DNA from: Acidimicrobiales bacterium
Lineage (GTDB): Bacteria; Actinomycetota; Acidimicrobiia; Acidimicrobiales; Aldehydirespiratoraceae
Length of the DNA stretch: 64,000 bases
Direction of reading: 5' to 3'
NCBI GenBank assembly: GCA_029246685.1
Contig: JAQWMR010000016.1
Location: forward strand, 710,877-774,876
In this document: positions 28,773-37,945 of the stretch, piece by piece
Position numbering within the stretch: position 1 is the stretch's first letter
How the letters are laid out: every line of letters begins with the position of its first letter
Made by a program: the position numbers and the translations under genes
The notes under the pieces: model-generated
The model's input: only the letters and a program-made list of their open reading frames with translations
What the model was told of the DNA's origin: nothing
Database searches by the model: none

Positions 28773-29882
28773 TCAGGCGGCCGGCATCTCGATCACGGGC
28801 TTGATCGTCGCCCCGGACTCAGCGTCCTCGATCGCCTCGTTGATCGCCGACAGCGGGTAGGCCTTGACGAGGCGGTCAAACGGGAACCTCCCTTGCGACC
28901 ACAACTCGATGAGGGTCGGGATGAACAGCTGCGCCCGTGCGTCACCGCCGATGATTCCGCGGACGAAACGGCCGAACAACACGCTGTGAAAGTCCAAAGT
29001 GAGGTCGGTGCCCGCCGGTGGCACACCGACGAGCCCACATGTGCCGAGGAGAGCGAGGCTCTCGACAGCCTGGCGGGCCACGGCAGCAACGGCGGTCGTC
29101 TCCAGCGTGTAGTCGACCCCGCGACCACTGGTCAGCTCCATGATTGCCTCGACCGCGTCAGTGTCGCGTCCGTTGATCACGTCGGTGGCGCCGAGCTCCG
29201 AGGCAAGGTTCAGTCGGTCCTCGTGGACATCGATGCCGATGATTCGGGTGCTGCCCGAAACGACGGCAGCCATCACCGCACTGAGCCCGACCGCGCCGGT
29301 GCCGAACACCGCGATGGACTTGCCCGGCTCCACGGCGAGTGAGTTCATCACCGAACCGGCTCCGGTCTGGATTCCGCATCCGAGCGGACCGAGGATCTCG
29401 AGCGGGGCATCCTTGGTCACCTTGACGACGTTGTATTCCGTGACCAACGCGTGGGTAGCGAACGAGGACTGCGCGAAGAAGTGGCCGTTGATCTCCTCGT
29501 CACCACGATGGAGGGTGGCGCTCCCGTCGGGCCGCCGACCGCTGAAGTTCAGGTCGTAGTGGCTTGAACAGTACCCGGGCGGCGCGGTGCGGCAGAACTC
29601 ACAAGTGCCACAGGAGTGCAGGCTCATGACGACGTGGTCGCCTGGTTCGACCAGGGTTACATCGGCGCCGACACGTTCCACGACGCCCGATCCCTCGTGA
29701 CCGAGCACCAGTGGGAGAGGTACCGGAAACCACTGGTCGCGGCAGATGATATCGGTGTGGCACACACCGGTACCCACGACGCGCACAACGACTTCATGAG
29801 GTCGAGGGTCATCAAGTTGAAGCTCCTCGAGGTGCACCTGCCCTCCGGATTCTCGCACCACTGCTGCGGTCGTTGTTTGCAT
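28773..29882 (-). CDS. Zinc-dependent (aryl-)alcohol dehydrogenase, MDR family
   Basis: 369 aa; GVCHTDI, GHEGSGVVERVG, CGTCEFC, VFGTGAVGLS. Confidence 0.9.
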   Translation of the reverse strand: MQTTTAAVVRESGGQVHLEELQLDDPRPHEVVVRVVGTGVCHTDIICRDQWFPVPLPLVLGHEGSGVVERVGADVTLVEPGDHVVMSLHSCGTCEFCRTAPPGYCSSHYDLNFSGRRPDGSATLHRGDEEINGHFFAQSSFATHALVTEYNVVKVTKDAPLEILGPLGCGIQTGAGSVMNSLAVEPGKSIAVFGTGAVGLSAVMAAVVSGSTRIIGIDVHEDRLNLASELGATDVINGRDTDAVEAIMELTSGRGVDYTLETTAVAAVARQAVESLALLGTCGLVGVPPAGTDLTLDFHSVLFGRFVRGIIGGDARAQLFIPTLIELWSQGRFPFDRLVKAYPLSAINEAIEDAESGATIKPVIEMPAA

Positions 29883-29956
29883 CCACGTTCCTCCTGCATC
29901 AGGTCAGCGCCGTGCCACCTTCCCTGAGGTAGTGCGGTTTGACAAGCTCCAATCAG

Positions 29957-29974
29957 CATCTAAGATACCAGACA
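29957..29974. promoter_or_regulatory. Extended box CATCTAAGATACCAGACA in the divergent gap ADH <-> M20/mutase operon
   Basis: Read directly. 17/18 identical to the reverse complement of 40787-40804. Confidence 0.6.
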
Positions 29975-30030
29975 TCGGGACGGAGGCCCAGCCCACCATC
30001 GGGGCCCGCAACAAGGGAAGAAGGCTCGGC

Positions 30031-31224
30031 GTGGACGCTGCCGCGATTGCTGCATCTGTATTGGCCGCCGTAGACGTCGAGAGGGCAGTCGAGCTCACGC
30101 AGGCGGTCTGCCGAGTGCCAAGCGTGCTGGGAGAAGAACTCGCCCTGGCCGAGTTGCTCGCCGACACCATGCGTCGATCCCAGTTCGAGAACGTCGAGTT
30201 GCAGCCGGTCCTGCCGAACCGGCCGAATTCGATTGGTGAGATGCACTTCGGGGCCGGGCCCCGGGTCGTGTTGACCGGACACATGGACACGAAGCCGGAA
30301 TCCATTGGTTGGACATTGGCCGAGCCGTACTCGGGCGCGTTGATCGACGGTCGCGTCTACGGGCACGGGATCATGGATATGAAGGCCGCCTTGGCCTGCC
30401 AGATCGTGGCGATGGAAGCGGTGCGACGCAGTGGGCTCCCCCTGAAGGGGACGCTCGCGATGGCAGCCGTGAGCGATCACATGGGCGACCAGCTCGGCAG
30501 TATCCGCTACTTCGAGGACCATCGCGCCGATCTCTGCGTGCTCGGCGAACTCAGCGACAACCAGATCTTCCTCGGTCACCGCGGTCGCTACTACTTCGAT
30601 ATCACCGCCGAAGGTCGCTCCGCCCACACGTGCCATAAGCACCAAGCGGTCAATGCAAACGCTCTTGCCGCCCGGGCGATCCTCGAGCTCGAAGAGTCTC
30701 GGCTGGAACCGAAGCTGGACTCTGACACGGCCGACCTGTTCGGGGCCGAGACCATGATCGTGCCGGGCCGAGTCTACGGAGGACTTCCGCCGGGAGGGCC
30801 GTCGATGATCCCTGACGAGTGTGTGATTCGTGTCGACTGCCGGCCCCAACCAGGGGTGTCTGTGGAGACGGTGAGTAACGAGATCGACCGGTGCCTCGCC
30901 TCGGCGAAGGCCCTCGACGACCGCTTCAAGGCCCGCGTCGAACTCGTCGATGTGAAATCACCCTATCTGGCTAATCCCGAGGCCGTCGTGGTGCAGACGA
31001 TGATTGAGGCGGTCCGTCAGGTCCGAGGCCGCGAACCCGAGCTGATGGCCGCCGGCTGGTTGGGCGACACTGCGAGCTTCGGAGGCGACATCCCGACGGT
31101 CATCTTCGGGCCGGGCGGCGAGCCGGTCTATTGCGCCAACGAGAGTCTACCGGTAGCCGATATCGAGGAAGCAACAAAGGTGTACGCGGTGTTCTCCGCG
31201 CTGGCACTGGTCGCAAACAAGTGA
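30031..31224 (+). CDS. M20-family amidohydrolase/deacylase (ArgE/DapE-like)
   Basis: GTG 30031 follows GGGAAGAAGG. VVLTGHMDTKPE, GHGIMDMKAALA and the C-terminal FGPGG..ANESL pattern are M20-like. The track start 29932 would place the operator box inside the gene. Confidence 0.8.
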   Translation: MDAAAIAASVLAAVDVERAVELTQAVCRVPSVLGEELALAELLADTMRRSQFENVELQPVLPNRPNSIGEMHFGAGPRVVLTGHMDTKPESIGWTLAEPYSGALIDGRVYGHGIMDMKAALACQIVAMEAVRRSGLPLKGTLAMAAVSDHMGDQLGSIRYFEDHRADLCVLGELSDNQIFLGHRGRYYFDITAEGRSAHTCHKHQAVNANALAARAILELEESRLEPKLDSDTADLFGAETMIVPGRVYGGLPPGGPSMIPDECVIRVDCRPQPGVSVETVSNEIDRCLASAKALDDRFKARVELVDVKSPYLANPEAVVVQTMIEAVRQVRGREPELMAAGWLGDTASFGGDIPTVIFGPGGEPVYCANESLPVADIEEATKVYAVFSALALVANK

Positions 31225-31652
31225 GCGGGGCCCGGCCTCCACGTGTGCTGGTCGCCAAGCCGGGCCTCGACGGCCACGACAGAGGGGCAAAGGTCGTCGC
31301 CTTCGCACTTCGCGATGCAGGATGCGAAGTGATCTACCTGGGCCTCAGATGTTCGGCCGAGAGAATTCTGGCCGCCGCCGCCGAGGAAGACGTCGACGTG
31401 GTCGGCATATCGGTTCTGTCGGGAGCCCACGTCCCGCTGGCTGCGGAACTGATCGAAGAAAGAACGGCTCAGGGGATGGACGGCCTCCCCGTCGTTGTTG
31501 GAGGGATCATCACTCCCGACGACGCCGAACGGCTTCGCCAGCTGGGGGTGGCCGACGTCTTCCCGGCCGGAACACCCATCGACGATGTGGTCGGCCGAGT
31601 CATCGGCATCGCCCGCAACTCCGTGTCCGCTCCGGGCGGTGACGACCGTTGA
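31221..31652 (+). CDS. Acyl-CoA mutase small subunit (cobalamin-binding domain)
   Basis: GTG overlaps the M20 stop (GTGA). RVLVAKPGLDGHDRGAKVVAFALRDAGCEVIYLG carries the DxHxxG B12-binding motif; ...GVSVLSGAH...VVVGGIIP. Confidence 0.9.
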   Translation: MSGARPPRVLVAKPGLDGHDRGAKVVAFALRDAGCEVIYLGLRCSAERILAAAAEEDVDVVGISVLSGAHVPLAAELIEERTAQGMDGLPVVVGGIITPDDAERLRQLGVADVFPAGTPIDDVVGRVIGIARNSVSAPGGDDR

Positions 31653-33253
31653 AAACCGAAGACGACAGGGGCGTCACAACCGACTCCGGCATTCCCGTTC
31701 ACACGTCGTACACCGCGGCCGACCTCGGCGACCTGGTCGAGTTCGAGCGCCGCCTCGGCGTGGCCGGAGAACCGCCGTTCACCCGCGGACCGTACCCAGA
31801 CATGTACCGGCAGCAGCTGTGGACCATGCGTCAATACGCCGGCTACGGATCACCGGCAGACACGAACAGCCGTTTCCGTTACCTTCTCGACCGCGGCCAG
31901 ACCGCACTGTCGGTTGCCTTCGACCTGCCCACCCAACTCGGACTGGATTCCACCGACCCGCGGGCCCGGGCCGAGGTCGGCCGAGTCGGCGTGGCCATCG
32001 ACACCGCGGATGACATGGTGGACGTCTTCGACGGACTGCCCCTCGACGACCTTTCGGTGAACTTCACGATCAACGCCACTGCATCGATCATCCTCGCCTT
32101 CTACCTCGTCGCCGCCGAGCGCCAAGGAGTCGCGCGAGCCGACCTCACCGGCACACTGCAAAACGACATCCTGAAGGAGTTTCTCGCCCGCAAGACGTTC
32201 ATCTACCCACCCGAACCGTCGATGCGGCTGGTCGGCGACGTCGTCGAGTTCTGCACTGAAGAGCTCCCCCGCTTCAACAGCATTTCCGTCACCGGGTACC
32301 ACGCCCGCGAGGCCGGTTGCGACGCGGTGCAGGAGCTGGCGTTCACCATGGCGGACGCGATCGCGTACTCGTCACTTCTGTGTAACCGAGGGCTTTCGTT
32401 CGACGAGTTCGCGCCTCGGCTGTCATTCCACTTCGCGACGACGATCGACCTTTTTGAGGAGGCGGCGAAGCTCCGCGCCGCTCGCCGGCTCTGGGCCACG
32501 ATTGCCCGGGAGCGGTTCGGCGCCACCGTGCCGGAGGCAATGCGGCTCCGCTTCTTCTCTGGTTGTTCCGGTGCCACCCTCACTGCACAGCAGCCCATGA
32601 ACAATGTGGTGCGCTCGACGATTCAGTGCCTTGGGGCGGTGCTTGGTGGAGCGCAGTCTATCCACGTGATGGGATACGACGAGGCACTCGCGATCCCGTC
32701 CGACGACGCCGTCACTCTGGCCCTGAGAACTCAGCAGATCGTTGCTCACGAGTCCGGCATCACCCGCACGGTCGATCCGCTCGCCGGCTCTTTCTATGTC
32801 GAGTCCTTGACCGACTCGCTCGAACGGTCGGCCACGGAGATGATCGAGACCATCGACGAACTCGGTGGCGCGGTTCGTGCCGTCGAGACCGGTGAACCCC
32901 AACGCTGGATCGCCGAGAACGCATATCGAACCGAGTCTGAGATTGCTCACGGGATCCGGGTGAAGGTCGGCGTGAACTCCTACCAAGAGGATTCGGCTAC
33001 CGAGGTGCTTCCACTCTTCGAGTTCGACGAAACGGGGTTCGGCGCCCAGGTCGACCGTCTCGAGCGACACGTCGCGGGCCGCCGGCAGCACGACGTCGAC
33101 GCTGCGCTCTCGATGCTGGAGTCTGCGGCGGCCGCGGACGTGAACGTGATGCCACCGTTGATCGACGCCGCCCGCGCCGGCGCGACTTTGGGCGAGATGG
33201 CCGCGGTCTTCGAGGCCGCCTTTGGCGCCTATACCGAGCCATCGCCATGGTGA
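31649..33253 (+). CDS. Acyl-CoA mutase large (substrate-binding TIM-barrel) subunit, methylmalonyl-CoA-mutase-like
   Basis: 534 aa. FTRGPYPDMYRQQLWTMRQYAGYGS, LSVAFDLPTQLG, TLQNDILKEFLARKTFIYPP, ISVTGYHAREAG. Its start overlaps the small-subunit stop. Confidence 0.9.
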   Translation: MKTEDDRGVTTDSGIPVHTSYTAADLGDLVEFERRLGVAGEPPFTRGPYPDMYRQQLWTMRQYAGYGSPADTNSRFRYLLDRGQTALSVAFDLPTQLGLDSTDPRARAEVGRVGVAIDTADDMVDVFDGLPLDDLSVNFTINATASIILAFYLVAAERQGVARADLTGTLQNDILKEFLARKTFIYPPEPSMRLVGDVVEFCTEELPRFNSISVTGYHAREAGCDAVQELAFTMADAIAYSSLLCNRGLSFDEFAPRLSFHFATTIDLFEEAAKLRAARRLWATIARERFGATVPEAMRLRFFSGCSGATLTAQQPMNNVVRSTIQCLGAVLGGAQSIHVMGYDEALAIPSDDAVTLALRTQQIVAHESGITRTVDPLAGSFYVESLTDSLERSATEMIETIDELGGAVRAVETGEPQRWIAENAYRTESEIAHGIRVKVGVNSYQEDSATEVLPLFEFDETGFGAQVDRLERHVAGRRQHDVDAALSMLESAAAADVNVMPPLIDAARAGATLGEMAAVFEAAFGAYTEPSPW

Positions 33254-34449
33254 CCGGACCGCTCGCGGGCACGAAGGTGGTGGATCTGACCCGGTTCGTC
33301 TCGGGGTCCTACGCGACAATGTTGCTGGCGGCGCTGGGAGCCGACGTGATGAAAATCGAGGCCCCAACGCACGGCGACCCGTATCGGTCCCAGGGCTCGG
33401 CGGCAGGCGATGGCCCGTCCCCGCTCTTCGCGTCCATCAATCGCGGGAAGCGGAGCGTGGCGATCGACTTCCGCGACCGCGACGGCGCCGAAGCACTCGA
33501 AGCGTTGCTCGCGGGTTCGGACTTCGTTGTTCACAACGCCCGGCCGGGTGCGATGGAGCGTCGCGGCCTGGGTTTCGAGGCAGTCCACGAACGCCACCCG
33601 TGGATCATCCATGCCGCAATATCGGCATTTGGTGACGTCGGCCCCGAGGCCGGGCGAGGCGGTTTCGATCTGATCGTCCAGGCCGAAAGCGGTCTCATGG
33701 GAGTCACTGGGACGGCGGAGTCCGGCCCCGTCAAGGTAGGAGCACCGGTTCTCGACATCGGCGCTGGTCTCGCCACAGTCGTGGGAATCATGGCCGCCCA
33801 TATGGACCGGGCGGAGACCGGGGTTGGGACAAGCGTGACGTCTTCGCTCCTCGAGTTTGCCCTGGGCGCGTTCACCACAATCATCGGCGACGTGCTGACC
33901 TCCGGCGAATCGCCACCCCTTCTCGGAAGTCATTCGCCATCGTTTGCCCCCTACGGCACCGTGCGTGCCCGCGACGGCTATTTCGTTCTCGCCGGTGCCG
34001 GCGACGAGGACCTCTGGATGAGGCTCTGTGACGTGCTCGGCCGGAGAGATCTCATCGACGATCTGCGCTTCGTGGACAATGCCGCCAGGTTGCGCCATCG
34101 AGAGGAACTCACGAGGGAGATCGAATCCGTACTCGCCCACGACGACGTCCACGTCTGGATCTCGAGATTGGAGTCGGCGGGTGTCCCGGCGGGGATCGTC
34201 CGGACCATGGACGAAGTGGCTCGATCAGCTCAGGTCGACGCGCTCGGAATCCTCCGACCACCCGTCGACAGCGCGCCCAGGAGCCTGTCCGCGGTCGACC
34301 TGCCGTTTCGCCTCGGAGCCGTGCGGCCGGCACTGAACGCCGCGCCTGAGCTCGGGGCGCACACTCGCGAGGTGCTCCGGGAGATGGGAGTCGCGGATGA
34401 TCTGACGGCGCGCCTGTGCGACGCGACATCGAACCCGGATCCGCGATGA
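33247..34449 (+). CDS. Family III CoA-transferase (CaiB/BaiF)
   Basis: 400 aa; PLAGTKVVDLTRFVSGSYATMLLAALGADVMKIE and the catalytic Asp region (VLDIGAGL). Confidence 0.9.
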   Translation: MVTGPLAGTKVVDLTRFVSGSYATMLLAALGADVMKIEAPTHGDPYRSQGSAAGDGPSPLFASINRGKRSVAIDFRDRDGAEALEALLAGSDFVVHNARPGAMERRGLGFEAVHERHPWIIHAAISAFGDVGPEAGRGGFDLIVQAESGLMGVTGTAESGPVKVGAPVLDIGAGLATVVGIMAAHMDRAETGVGTSVTSSLLEFALGAFTTIIGDVLTSGESPPLLGSHSPSFAPYGTVRARDGYFVLAGAGDEDLWMRLCDVLGRRDLIDDLRFVDNAARLRHREELTREIESVLAHDDVHVWISRLESAGVPAGIVRTMDEVARSAQVDALGILRPPVDSAPRSLSAVDLPFRLGAVRPALNAAPELGAHTREVLREMGVADDLTARLCDATSNPDPR

Positions 34450-35537
34450 CGAAGGCCGGGCTGATAGAGCAGGTCGTCAGGCGAACCGAGCGCTTGGCTT
34501 CGATTCCCGCCCCGCCGCTGGAAGAACACGATCGCGCCGCCGTCGTCGAGGAGTGGTGGTCGACTGAGCTGCACGAGGTCTCGATCGACGAGGTCGGAAA
34601 CGTCTGGGGCAGGGTGCGCGGTGGTCGCGGGCCGGCTCTGGTCGTTGCCGCTCATCTCGACACCGTCTTCGGGGTCGATGTGCATCACGGGACCGAACAT
34701 CGTGGGGGACGGCTGTACGGACCGTCGGTTGGCGACGACTCTGTGGCGGTCGCGTCCTTGGCCGCCCTGGATGCCCTACTGCCCGACGACCCCGGTGGTC
34801 CGGTGTGGGTGGTTGCGACAGTGGGCGAGGAGGGTCTCGGCAACCTCACGGGTATCCGTCACGCCATTTCGAACCCGCGTACCGACATCGGGGCCGTGAT
34901 CGCGATCGAAGGCAACTGGTTGGGACGTGTCTGCCTGACCGGAGTCGGGTCCAGACGTTTTCGTGTAACTCTCGATGGGCCCGGTGGGCATGCATGGGAG
35001 GCATCCGAGGTCGACAGCGCCGTCCACGGCGTTGCTCGGATCATTGCCGCAATCGACGCCGCGCCCCGTCCCGAGAACAGCCGGACTGCGGTCAACGTCG
35101 GAAGGGTCGGAGGCGGCACAGCGATCAACGCGAGAGCCGATTGCGCGTGGTTCGAGATCGACTTGCGGGCCATTACACAAGAGGCGCTCGACGCGCTGAC
35201 AGCGACGGCCGAAATGGCCGTTCGCGACCAGAAGGCAGATCTCGTGGCGAGCTGGGCGAGCCTCGGCGATCGCCCCGCCGGTGGGCTTGACCCTGCCCAC
35301 CCGCTGGCCCTCGCTGCGTTCTCGGCGCTAACCGATGCCGGCCTTGACATGGAGGTCACCGAGGCGAGTACGGACGCCAATGCCGCTCACGCCGCCGGGA
35401 TTCCCGCGCTCGCCATCGGCATCACCGTCGGCAGCGAGGAACACACCATCCGTGAGTGGATCGAGTTGGAACCGATCGGTGCCGGGCTCGACGTTCTGGC
35501 GGCGACGGTGATGACCTATCTGAGGAGTATCCGATGA
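34446..35537 (+). CDS. M20-family peptidase/deacylase (second copy)
   Basis: ATG 34446 overlaps the CoA-transferase stop (ATGA). VVAAHLDTVF, GPSVGDDSVAVA, ATVGEEGLGNL. Confidence 0.8.
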   Translation: MTKAGLIEQVVRRTERLASIPAPPLEEHDRAAVVEEWWSTELHEVSIDEVGNVWGRVRGGRGPALVVAAHLDTVFGVDVHHGTEHRGGRLYGPSVGDDSVAVASLAALDALLPDDPGGPVWVVATVGEEGLGNLTGIRHAISNPRTDIGAVIAIEGNWLGRVCLTGVGSRRFRVTLDGPGGHAWEASEVDSAVHGVARIIAAIDAAPRPENSRTAVNVGRVGGGTAINARADCAWFEIDLRAITQEALDALTATAEMAVRDQKADLVASWASLGDRPAGGLDPAHPLALAAFSALTDAGLDMEVTEASTDANAAHAAGIPALAIGITVGSEEHTIREWIELEPIGAGLDVLAATVMTYLRSIR

Positions 35538-36535
35538 AGTCCTTGAGGCGTGGCGTCGTACTGCAAGGGGTCGACACGCCGCACGAGTTCGTCAACCTGG
35601 CGAAACGATTCGAGGAACAGGGCTTCGATCATCTTTGGCTCACCGAATCGTCGCTTCATGCCCGCGACCCGTATCAGTTGCTTGCACTGGCGGGAATGCA
35701 CACCAGCACGCTTCGGCTTGGCACCGCCGTCACGAATCCGGTTACCCGGCATCCGGCGCTTACCGCGGTGGCTGCCGCGACCCTCGCTGAGGCGACTGAA
35801 GGGCGCTCGATTCTTGGCATCGGGGCTGGCGATCGCCCTCTCGTGGCGTTGGGAACAAAGCCGGCACGACTCGCACAGCTGGAACTCGCGGTGGACGCGA
35901 TCCGTCGGCTGCTGGCCGGCGAACACGTCGACGTCGAGAGTCCCTCGTTCGATCTTGTCGATGCCCACCTTCGTTTTCCCGTCGAGACAAAGATCCCGAT
36001 CTTCGTCTCGGCCAGTGGGCCCCGCACTCTGGAACTCGCTGGCGAGATTGCCGATGGGGTCATCTTGCTGTGTGGTCTGGACCCCGTCATCGTCGAGTGG
36101 GCGCTTGAACGGATCTCTGCCGGGGCCGACCGGCGCGGGAGACCGAGGCCCGAGGTGGCGATCTTCGTCTACGGCGTCATCGACGAGGACGAGGACGTCG
36201 CGATCGCGTCGGCCCGTTCCATCGCCGCGTGGTTCCCTCAGACATCGCCGCTCTACTGCGAACTGGCCGGCCTCGACCTGAAGATTGCTCAGGCCGTACG
36301 TGACCAGTACTCCGGCGGCGAGTTCCAGGAGGCCGCGGCAGCCGCCGAGCTGCTCCCCGTCGAATTCGTGCAGAAGATGGCCGTCGCCGGGGATAGGGCC
36401 AGGATCACTGGTCAACTCTCGGAACTCGCCGCGACCGGGATCGATTCGATCAACATCTTTCCGCTCGGCGACGATCGGGTGAGAACGATCGACGCGTTCG
36501 AGGACTGTTGGCGCCGTATGAGCATCAGCGACTGA
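35534..36535 (+). CDS. Luciferase-like (LLM class) flavin/F420-dependent oxidoreductase
   Basis: ATG 35534 overlaps the preceding stop. FDHLWLTESS, LGTAVTNPVTRHPA, GIGAGD. Confidence 0.85.
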   Translation: MKSLRRGVVLQGVDTPHEFVNLAKRFEEQGFDHLWLTESSLHARDPYQLLALAGMHTSTLRLGTAVTNPVTRHPALTAVAAATLAEATEGRSILGIGAGDRPLVALGTKPARLAQLELAVDAIRRLLAGEHVDVESPSFDLVDAHLRFPVETKIPIFVSASGPRTLELAGEIADGVILLCGLDPVIVEWALERISAGADRRGRPRPEVAIFVYGVIDEDEDVAIASARSIAAWFPQTSPLYCELAGLDLKIAQAVRDQYSGGEFQEAAAAAELLPVEFVQKMAVAGDRARITGQLSELAATGIDSINIFPLGDDRVRTIDAFEDCWRRMSISD

Positions 36536-36543
36536 TCACTCGG

Positions 36544-36945
36544 TCAGCGCGGCGGCACCTGGACGAGCTCGATCAACAGTCCGGCCGTCGACGAGGGATT
36601 GATGAACGCAACGAGCGTTCCATCGCCACCGGGCCGAGGCTCTGAATCGATCATCTCGACGCCTCGATCATGTAGTTCGCGTACGGCGTCGGTGACATCA
36701 TCGACCTCGAAGGCGATGTGATGCAGCGCATCGCCGCGGCGGCTCGTGAAGCGTTCGATGATGCCTGGCCCGACGGCCTCGAGGGTCTGCACGGACCCGT
36801 CGCCCACCGGCAGGATCCGTTCGAGTAGTCCGGCACCGGCCTCTGTAGCGGTGATCTCCAGCCCCAACACCGACGAGAGAATAGCATGGGCCTCGTTCGC
36901 GCTCTCGTGCGCGAACGCCACGTGGTGGATACGTCGGAGCTCCAC
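36544..36945 (-). CDS. VOC/glyoxalase-fold protein, methylmalonyl-CoA epimerase-like
   Basis: 133 aa from GTG 36945, which overlaps the ABC ATPase stop by 1 nt. IHHVAFAHES...ALHHIAFEVDDV...LIELVQ fits the epimerase pattern. Confidence 0.7.
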   Translation of the reverse strand: MELRRIHHVAFAHESANEAHAILSSVLGLEITATEAGAGLLERILPVGDGSVQTLEAVGPGIIERFTSRRGDALHHIAFEVDDVTDAVRELHDRGVEMIDSEPRPGGDGTLVAFINPSSTAGLLIELVQVPPR

Positions 36946-37934
36946 TACTCGTCCACAGGGACGATGGCCGATGGCTCCATGGCGAGTCGCAGCTGCTCTC
37001 CGGCCTGCGGCACCGGTTGCCAGCGGACGACGACTTCCAACTCGGTTCCGTCGGCCGCGACAACGACGACGAGAAAATGGTCGCCCCGGTAGGTGCGACT
37101 CTTCGTCGTGACCTCGAAGGCCCCGTCGTCGTCGAGGGAGAACCCGTCGGGCCGATACACCACATGGTTCCCCGGGATGTCCGGCACGGGCCATCCCAGC
37201 CGAAGCGCGTTGTCGGTGGTCACGAAGTTGCGAAAGCCGAGAAAGTGAGCGGTGAATGGAGTGCGGGGCCGTGACCAGAGCTCTTCGGGGGAGCCGATTT
37301 GTTCGATCTCGCCATCGCGCAACAACAAGACCCGGTCCGCGAGCGCGAACGCTTCTTCCTGATCATGGGTGACATAGACAGAAGTGGCGCCGATCTCGTT
37401 GAGAATGTCGTGCAGCTCCACAACCAGACGGTCGCGCAGGCTCCGATCCAAAGAACCGAGCGGCTCATCGAACATCAGGAGATGCGGAGACGGGGCGATC
37501 GAGCGGGCCAGCGCCACTCGTTGCAGTTGACCACCCGACAACTGACCGATCGTCCTGTCGCCGTAGCCGTCGAGGCCGACGAGCGCGAGCACTTCCTCGA
37601 CTCGTTCGGCGATCTGCGTTTTGCTCTGCTTCATCATCTCCAAACCGAACGCCACATTGCGCGCAACCGTGCGATGGGGGAACAACGCGTAGTCCTGGAA
37701 CATGAGCCCGAATCCGCGGCGGTGCACAGGCAGACTGGCGAGATCCTGGCCGTCCCAGGTCACCGTTCCACTTCGGGGCGGTTCGAGACCGGCAATCACT
37801 CGTAGAAGCGTGCTTTTGCCGCATCCGCTCGGACCCAGAAGACAGACGATTTCACCTCGTTCAATGGTCAGGTCGAGGCCCTTGATGGCGACAATATCGC
37901 CGTAGGCGACCGTTAGTCCCTTGATTTCGAGCAT
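36945..37934 (-). CDS. ABC transporter ATP-binding protein (ThiQ/FbpC/PotA type)
   Basis: 329 aa; Walker A GPSGCGKST, LSGGQLQRVALAR signature, Walker B LLMFDEP, and a C-terminal TOBE-like domain. Confidence 0.9.
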   Translation of the reverse strand: MLEIKGLTVAYGDIVAIKGLDLTIERGEIVCLLGPSGCGKSTLLRVIAGLEPPRSGTVTWDGQDLASLPVHRRGFGLMFQDYALFPHRTVARNVAFGLEMMKQSKTQIAERVEEVLALVGLDGYGDRTIGQLSGGQLQRVALARSIAPSPHLLMFDEPLGSLDRSLRDRLVVELHDILNEIGATSVYVTHDQEEAFALADRVLLLRDGEIEQIGSPEELWSRPRTPFTAHFLGFRNFVTTDNALRLGWPVPDIPGNHVVYRPDGFSLDDDGAFEVTTKSRTYRGDHFLVVVVAADGTELEVVVRWQPVPQAGEQLRLAMEPSAIVPVDE

Positions 37935-37945
37935 GCCAGCTCCCC

